From: Octopus sinensis
Taxonomy: Eukaryota
Assembly (NCBI RefSeq): GCF_006345805.1
Contig: NW_021832574.1
Span: forward strand, 1-60,455
Reading direction: 5' to 3'
Length of the DNA stretch: 60,455 nucleotides
Below, piece by piece: positions 52,820 through 60,455 of the stretch. Made by a program: the position numbers and the translations under genes. The notes under the pieces were generated by a model that was not told the origin of the DNA, searched no databases, and saw only the letters and a program-made list of their open reading frames with translations. Positions within the stretch are counted from its first letter, which is position 1, and each line of letters opens with the position of its first letter.

Positions 52820-52975
52820 ACATGGCTGTGTGGTTAGAAGCTTGCTTCCCAGCCACATGGTTCCGGGTTCAGTTCTACTGCGTAGCACCTTGGACAAGTG
52901 TTTTCTACTATATCCCTGGGCTGACCACAACCTTGTGAGTCGATTTGGTAGACAGAATGTGAAAGAAGCCCGTAA
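52820..52975 (+). mobile_element. SINE family A head (3' truncated)
   Basis: ATGGCTGTGTGGTTAGAAGCTTGCTTCCCAGCCACATGGTTCCGGGTTCAGT; a similar head at 51748-51850. Confidence 0.8.
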
Positions 52976-53050
52976 TGCATCATCATCATCATCATCATCA
53001 TCATCATATGTATATATATAAATATATATGTGTGTCTATCTATCTGTCTG

Positions 53051-53136
<86 letters not shown>

Positions 53137-53399
53137 GTCTATCTATCTATCTATTACATAAGCACACGTGACATACATACATACATATACACACGTTATT
53201 TAAATATTGCGTTTAGATGTACATTCGAACACAGTGTAATGGCATGTTCAGACACATGCACGCGCACTCACGAATTGAAATACACCTTCATAATAACCGC
53301 CCCCACCCCACACACACACTCATATTTGCATACACCAATACATATCTGTTCCACGCAACCACTCAGGGCTGAGTCGGGTTATAAAGTAAGAAGATCAAC

Positions 53400-53638
53400 A
53401 GCTCATTACTATTCATTCGATGCATAATCAAGCGTAATCTCACGCGCGAATTTACTCACGCACCCGCACACACATGCACACACTCACGCACATGCAAACG
53501 CACTAATACAAAATTACACGCACGTGCACGCGTGCACAACAGATAAGCATAAATATACAAACACACATATATACACGAACAATTATTCGCGCACACATAC
53601 CAGAACACGTTAGGACACTTACTCACGCACACTCACGA

Positions 53639-53690
<52 letters not shown>

Positions 53691-54431
53691 GCAGAAGCAC
53701 ACACATACGCACTCACATACATATACACGTGTCACGTTCTTTGACATCTTCACAACACATTCACATACGCACACATAAACATGCATACACACACACATAC
53801 TCATCTCAATTACAGCCAATGACAACTACATGTGTAATGTGTAATGCACACACACGCACACACACACACACGCACACACACACGTACGCATTCACAAACA
53901 CTCACTCGCACACACACACACACACAAGTACATTTACACACAAACACAGTCATATAAATGCGTAAACAGGTGTGATATCAACATCATCCACATGCGTAAT
54001 CACACACACACACACGCATACACATGCTCACACGCATGCATACACACACGCATACACATGCTCACACGCATGCATACACACACACACACATACGTATTAC
54101 AACACGACAAAGCTTCAGACATGGGAGAAATAGCAGTTAAATCTACCTCAAATCATTTCAAAGTCTGTAGACCAGAATAATATGGGAAGGAAAACAATAT
54201 AAAAGAAAAAAAGTTGGGTTTGTCACGGAAGGAACGCCTTTGATCATGGGTCTGTTATATCAGTTGTACTCTGGGGCTAAACAAGTACTGTAGCAAGGAC
54301 ATCACAGATATAGTGGCACACACGCACGAGCGCAGACACACTCCAATACACACATGCTCATACACGCACACACACGTGCGTGCGGAGCTGCATGTCTATA
54401 CACACACAGACACACGCACGCACACACACGC

Positions 54432-54472
<41 letters not shown>

Positions 54473-54951
54473 GCAATATGCACGCGTTAGCAATCCTATA
54501 CACACTTGCACCATCATACAATTACACATAAACACAGTGACATAGTCACTCACGCACATGCACACGCACGCGCGCGCATACACATACGTACACACACGTG
54601 CACTCACACACACACATACACTATAAACACAAGTGCACGCGCGAACACATACACACACATATAAACACACGCACCTACACGCATTCACAGGTTAACCGAG
54701 TTACACCAATGCACAGACCCACGTACACACACACACCCAGCCACATGAAAACACAAGTCACTCACACATACATGTTTAAACAGCCACACACGCATACACA
54801 CATACACACACATACACACACACACCACACACACACACACAGACATACATACACACACACAGCATCACAGGCTGATAACGACGCAGTCACATTAAAAAAA
54901 AACCCAGCTACACATCCACAGTCTCTCTCTCTCTCTCTCTCTCTCTGGCTT

Positions 54952-54982
<31 letters not shown>

Positions 54983-55100
54983 TATACACACACAAACAAG
55001 CACATACATAAATACACAGCCACACTCTCACACCCACACATAACCACACACTGCTCCAACTATACACACATACATAGCAACGTGTGTGCAGACGCACAGG
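53400..55100. repeat. Degenerate (CA)n/(CACG)n low-complexity region
   Basis: Read directly. Confidence 0.9.
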
Positions 55101-55129
55101 CACATAGGAGCCAAAGAGGCAAGCTGAGT

Positions 55130-55207
55130 GCTCGTTCGTTCGTATTTCTCCGTCCATTTCTCTACGACAATCTGTGGCAAAAGATCAGCGTCAAAGGCAG
55201 CTCACAG
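55130..55207 (+). other. Candidate non-coding first exon upstream of the amine oxidase start
   Basis: Unique CpG-containing island ending CAG|GTTTGT, followed by a CT-rich tract; start position uncertain. Confidence 0.3.
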
Positions 55208-55379
55208 GTTTGTTCCCCTCTAGCTTTCTTTCTCACCCTCTCACTCTCCCTATGACTTTCTACCTTTCTATGTGTCTGTCTCTCTCACTCTGTTTCTGTC
55301 TCTCTCTGTCGCTCTATCATGGGTCCAAGTACGCGCTCGTACCCATACGCACAGACACATGTAAACACACAGATACAGA

Positions 55380-55415
<36 letters not shown>

Positions 55416-55590
55416 AACACACACACATGCGCGCGCGCATAGACACGTAAACACAAGTCTAATTAATGCATACATATGTGTGCGTGTGTACACACACACG
55501 CACACATAGGAAATAGTGGCACAATAAGGTACGAATTTTTGCTGGAAATAGCAGTCGATAATCGTTCCACGCTAGGTAAAGCATCACTGA

Positions 55591-55627
<37 letters not shown>

Positions 55628-55711
55628 CCGGAGTAAACACATAAATGTGAAACAAGGTGGAAAAAAGAGTACTCAAATACCAGTGGTAGAGTAATATGCT
55701 TTATTTAAAAC

Positions 55712-55749
55712 CTGTTACTCTGAGTTTCACGTTCCCGTTCGTCGGACAG
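55712..55749 (-). ncRNA. Minimal type I hammerhead motif (U4C variant) within repeat H2 (55625-55775)
   Basis: CTGT-CCGACGA-ACG ggaa CGT-GAAAC-TCAGA-GTA-ACAG. Confidence 0.65.
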
Positions 55750-55775
55750 TTTTCCGCTGCTTTAAATAAAGTATA

Positions 55776-55813
<38 letters not shown>

Positions 55814-56017
55814 TATGAATGTATACACACACACACATACACAAACTCTGTGTGTGCGTGTGTGCATGTGAGCGATGTATTATACAGATTTCCAAACAAA
55901 TATAATATATATATGTATTGTGTGATGACCAATATTTTTAACTAGTTTCTTATGTATGTATGTATGTGTATGTATGTATGTATGTATAATTATATATATA
56001 TATTATATATATATATA

Positions 56018-56060
<43 letters not shown>

Positions 56061-56070
56061 ATGTATATAT

Positions 56071-56106
<36 letters not shown>

Positions 56107-56107
<1 letters not shown>

Positions 56108-56630
56108 CCCATTGTAAATTTGAGTGAGGTTTCTCTGTCCGTTATGTTTTTATGATCGTTTACTCCTCCTAGACCGTTGGTGCAAAGACAACGAAACTCA
56201 AACCAGCAACTCCCCTAAGCCCAGTATAATGGGGGTCTATTTTTTTAAGGGCCACCTAATTGGGGCCCCACTGACCTTCTACTTTTACTGCATTTTAAAC
56301 TAAATGCATGGCATTGGCGACCAAATCGGAGCAATGACAATGAATTTCATACCATGAACTCCCAGGAAGTATCGTAAGGAGGTTCAATTTCTGAAGGGCC
56401 GCTTGAATACTGACCCACCCCTATTTTTACTGCATTTACCTCACCCCTATGCTTATTGATTAAACTATGATCAACATCAGTTCTTAGCATATTTACAGAA
56501 ATAAGTTTGGGCATTACATTACACAAGGGTGGAGGGCCGCCAAGTGGCCTCATAGTGTAGCCGAAGGACTCAAAGGTGCCCTCCGAAGGAGCTATCTTGA
56601 ATACCGCCAGAAGGCCGGCTTCAAGGCTAG
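56107..56630 (+). mobile_element. Non-autonomous Helitron, family B (short copy)
   Basis: A|TC ... CCGCCAGAAGGCCGG hairpin ... CTAG|T. Confidence 0.8.
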
Positions 56631-56960
56631 TATATATATATAATATATATATATATGCTTACGTGCGTATGATTGTGCATATGTATGTGTGTGTGTATAT
56701 ATGTATGTGTGTATGTATGTATGTATGTATGTATATATGTGTGTATGCATGCACACACCTGTCTATATATATATAAATGTGTTTGCCCCAGCATGCTTGC
56801 AGCCTTTGGGCTGAACCATATAGAAAAATTAAAAGAATATGCACACATATGTTTATATATATAAGGTATAAATGCCAAAACTATTCTTGTCACCTAGCTT
56901 CCTGATGATTTCTTTTGAATGAAACAGTTCTAGTCCTGTAGAAGTTCCTTCTATAAAATA

Positions 56961-57002
<42 letters not shown>

Positions 57003-57385
57003 TATATATATGTGTGTGTGTGTGTGTGTGGTGTTATGTGTGTGTGCAGACAACACAACATGCCTCTGTAATAAATATATATACAAGCACATTCACACGG
57101 ACAAGGACACACACACACACACACACACACACGTATATATTATGTATGTTACGAAATATTTGCATTCAAATAAATTCCTTTCCAGAGCGAAGCATATCGC
57201 GCGCACACGCACCTACACACATGAATAATTTGTTTTTGTTGTGGCTGTATGTATGTGTGCATGCGCTCCTGATTTCATATCTACACACACATACACACGT
57301 GTGTGTGTGTGTGTGTGTGTGCATGCATGTATGTGAGTGTGTGTATGCATATACATATTGTTTACACACACACATATATACAATG

Positions 57386-57505
<120 letters not shown>

Positions 57506-57506
57506 A

Positions 57507-57538
<32 letters not shown>

Positions 57539-57655
57539 GCAAATATTTGTAAATAAAGGATACCCTAACTTCTTCTATCCATCTATCTATTATTTATTTA
57601 TCTATCCATCTATCTGTGTCTGTCTATCTTCTATCTATCTATCTATCTATCTATC

Positions 57656-57712
<57 letters not shown>

Positions 57713-57824
57713 ACTATCTATCTATCTATCTCTATCTAACTATCTATCTATCTATCTATCTATATATCTAACTATCTATCTATCTATCTATCTATCTATA
57801 TATCTATCTATCTATCTATCTATA

Positions 57825-57855
<31 letters not shown>

Positions 57856-58096
57856 TTCTCTCTCTCTCTCTCTCTCTCTACCTATCAATGTCTGTCCGTC
57901 TTTTTCTCCTCATTTCCACCCCTCAGGTGTTTCGACTTTCTCTCTCTCTAAGACCATAACATTACATCTACATATAGACGAATCCTTAACAAACCGTTTG
58001 TCACTATCTGCAACCCCACTCTTTCACACACACACAGAGGCATACACATATATAGGACACACACACACACACACACACACACACCACACACATACA

Positions 58097-58130
<34 letters not shown>

Positions 58131-58405
58131 CATACATATATATAAATATATATCTATATATGTAATCACACGTAAAGTGCCGCCTCTTTCTGTATATTTG
58201 TCAATACAGTCTACGTGACTTCCGTTAGTCCTTCCATCTCTCTATCCGTCTATCAATTTACCTTCCCTCCTGCTACTTCCTTATCTATCTTTCTGTCAAC
58301 CCATCAATTCATATATGAATATATATATATAAATATAAATACGTATATAAATGACGCTATAAGCATAGTGTATAGCCACACCTTTACGTTTATATCTTCA
58401 GCAAT

Positions 58406-58454
58406 ATGTCGTCTGCACCTGTGGATGTAATCGTCGTTGGTGGTGGCCTCAGCG
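58406..58454 (+). CDS. MAO: First coding exon of a flavin-containing amine oxidase (monoamine oxidase-like); gene continues beyond the window
   Basis: Acceptor TTTATATCTTCAG|CAAT-ATG; MSSAPVDVIVVGGGLSG (FAD-binding GxGxxG); phase-1 donor G|GTAAGT at the same codon as MAO-A/B exon 1 (DVVVVGGGIS-G). Only 17 codons are visible, so other flavin oxidases are not excluded. Confidence 0.75.
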
Positions 58455-58649
58455 GTAAGTACGTTATGTTGTTCTAAAAGCAAATGTGTGTGTGTATAAT
58501 ATATAGAATATGCACTTAAGTATGTAAGTATGTATGAATGTATGTACGTATATATGTATGCATGTATATATGCAAGCCTGTATATATGTATGGCTGTATA
58601 TATATGTATATATTTATGTATGTATATATATGCATACACATATACAATA

Positions 58650-58754
<105 letters not shown>

Positions 58755-59352
58755 CTTTATCTCTCTCTCTCTCTATATATATATGTATTGTGTATATATG
58801 TGTCTGTATACATATATATATACACAAATCTACCTTTACATATCAGCATGTATATACATATCAGTATGTATATATATATATATATATATATATGTATCTC
58901 TATCTTTCTCGTCTGTCTGTCTGTCTGTCTATCTGTGTGTATGTGTACGTATGTGGTTATATATGCTTGCGTGTGCGCTCACGTGTGTATGTATATATAT
59001 GTATGTATGTATACCAGGAATAGCCATACAGCTTCCTTGTTGCTACTTGGAAAGGGTGTGCATATGTATATATGTGAAAATGTGTGTTTGTGTGTGTGTG
59101 TGTGTTTATGTGTGCGTATGTGTGTATGTTTCTGTTTGTGTGCTTGCTACTGGCACGTGTGTGTCAATGTGTAGACACAGATGTGTGTGTGCTCATAGGT
59201 TTATGTAAGTGCTCTGATGTCCCGTACGCGTGTATCTACATGCGAATGTATGCCATGTATATTTGTGTAAATGTGTGTGTGTGGTGGTGCGTGCGTGTAT
59301 GGTATAAGAAATGTATGTAGCCCATAGACGGGCCATAACTAGCTTTATTTTA

Positions 59353-59415
<63 letters not shown>

Positions 59416-59604
59416 CTATATATATATATATATATATACACATACATAAAGGAAGTGCTCCAGTATGGCTGCAGTCAAATGACTCAAACAAGTAAAAGAA
59501 TGAAAGAATATACACACAGGCGCAAACACACACACATACACACACACAAACACACCTATATATATATATATATATATATAAAGCAGCAGAAAATTTAACA
59601 AAAC

Positions 59605-59642
59605 CTGTTACTCTGAGTTTCCCGTTGCCGTTCGTCGGACAG
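59605..59642 (-). ncRNA. Minimal type I hammerhead motif in repeat H2, second copy
   Basis: CTGT-CCGACGA-ACG gcaa CGG-GAAAC-TCAGA-GTA-ACAG. Confidence 0.6.
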
Positions 59643-60455
59643 TTTTTGCTAGAAAAAAAAATATATATGTGTGTATACACACGTACACATATGTATGCAT
59701 GTAAAAACTAAACGCATGAATACCAACACATCTCACGATTGTAAGAATGCCATGAAGAATTAATTTACAATCAAAACAGACGGTGATCGAAGAGCAAACG
59801 ACGGAGCTATGCCGTCACCACACATACCAGAAGCAGCGGTAAATTCTGTTTAAGCCAAATCTGATTATCCGAAACAAGGAAGGATGTGAGGAAGCATACG
59901 CTAAATGATATCGGAATAAGTATGACGAGAGTTGAGAAATTAATTGGACGGTCCCGGTTGGAACGCTTTCATCATCGGTCTACTGGATCAGGTTGGTCAT
60001 GGGTTGACAATAACGACGGGTCCCATGTTAACTCGGGCCATTTCGCCATATACAAAGGAAATCCCTCAATAACACGTAACACGTATGTGACATTTACATA
60101 ATACTAATCATACACACACACATACATACATACATACATACATACTACATACGTGCATACATACGTGCATACATACATACATACATACTACATACATACA
60201 TACGTACATACGTGCAACCTACATCGTACTACAAACATACATACATACACACATACAACATACATACAAACATACATACATACATACATACATACATACA
60301 TGCATACATACATACATACATACATACATACATACATACATACTGCTAATACATACATACATGCACAAAACAAAACACATATATATTACTATTTTAATAT
60401 ACCCATATGTGTGTGTGTGTTTGTCTGTGTGTATGTATACGTACACTCATATATA

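Noticed and set aside
59750-60100. Unique-looking sequence and ORF 59886..60101 as possible amine oxidase exon 2
   Set aside because: No LEARDRVGGR-like motif seen and no good acceptor.

Overview
Eukaryotic, AT-rich, microsatellite-saturated DNA, very likely from an octopus (inferred from recall of the recurring ~400-bp and ~250-bp tRNA-derived SINE families; no database search was run). It is almost entirely intergenic or intronic. Nearly every long entry in the ORF track is a simple-repeat artefact. The only convincing host-gene piece is a 53-nt exon at 58402-58454 (+) encoding MSSAPVDVIVVGGGLSG. It ends in a phase-1 GTAAGT donor at the same position as vertebrate monoamine oxidase exon 1, and there are weaker candidate upstream exons. 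The rest is transposon debris: two mariners, a DD37D/maT element, a Chapaev3 element, a hAT fragment, two Helitron families, two Penelope-like elements, RTE LINE fragments and three SINE families. Most notable observations: (1) 5'-truncated R4/Dong-like retrotransposon copies whose 5' and 3' junctions all lie in (ACAT)n and which carry an internal (ACAT)n, so they may target and spread this microsatellite; (2) several short dispersed repeats carrying minimal type I hammerhead ribozyme motifs with unusual cores; (3) a young RTE insertion with a twin-priming 5' inversion; (4) a 5.3-kb purine/pyrimidine-alternating ATGT/ATGC array with a ~1.65-kb higher-order duplication; (5) two long near-perfect inverted repeats.
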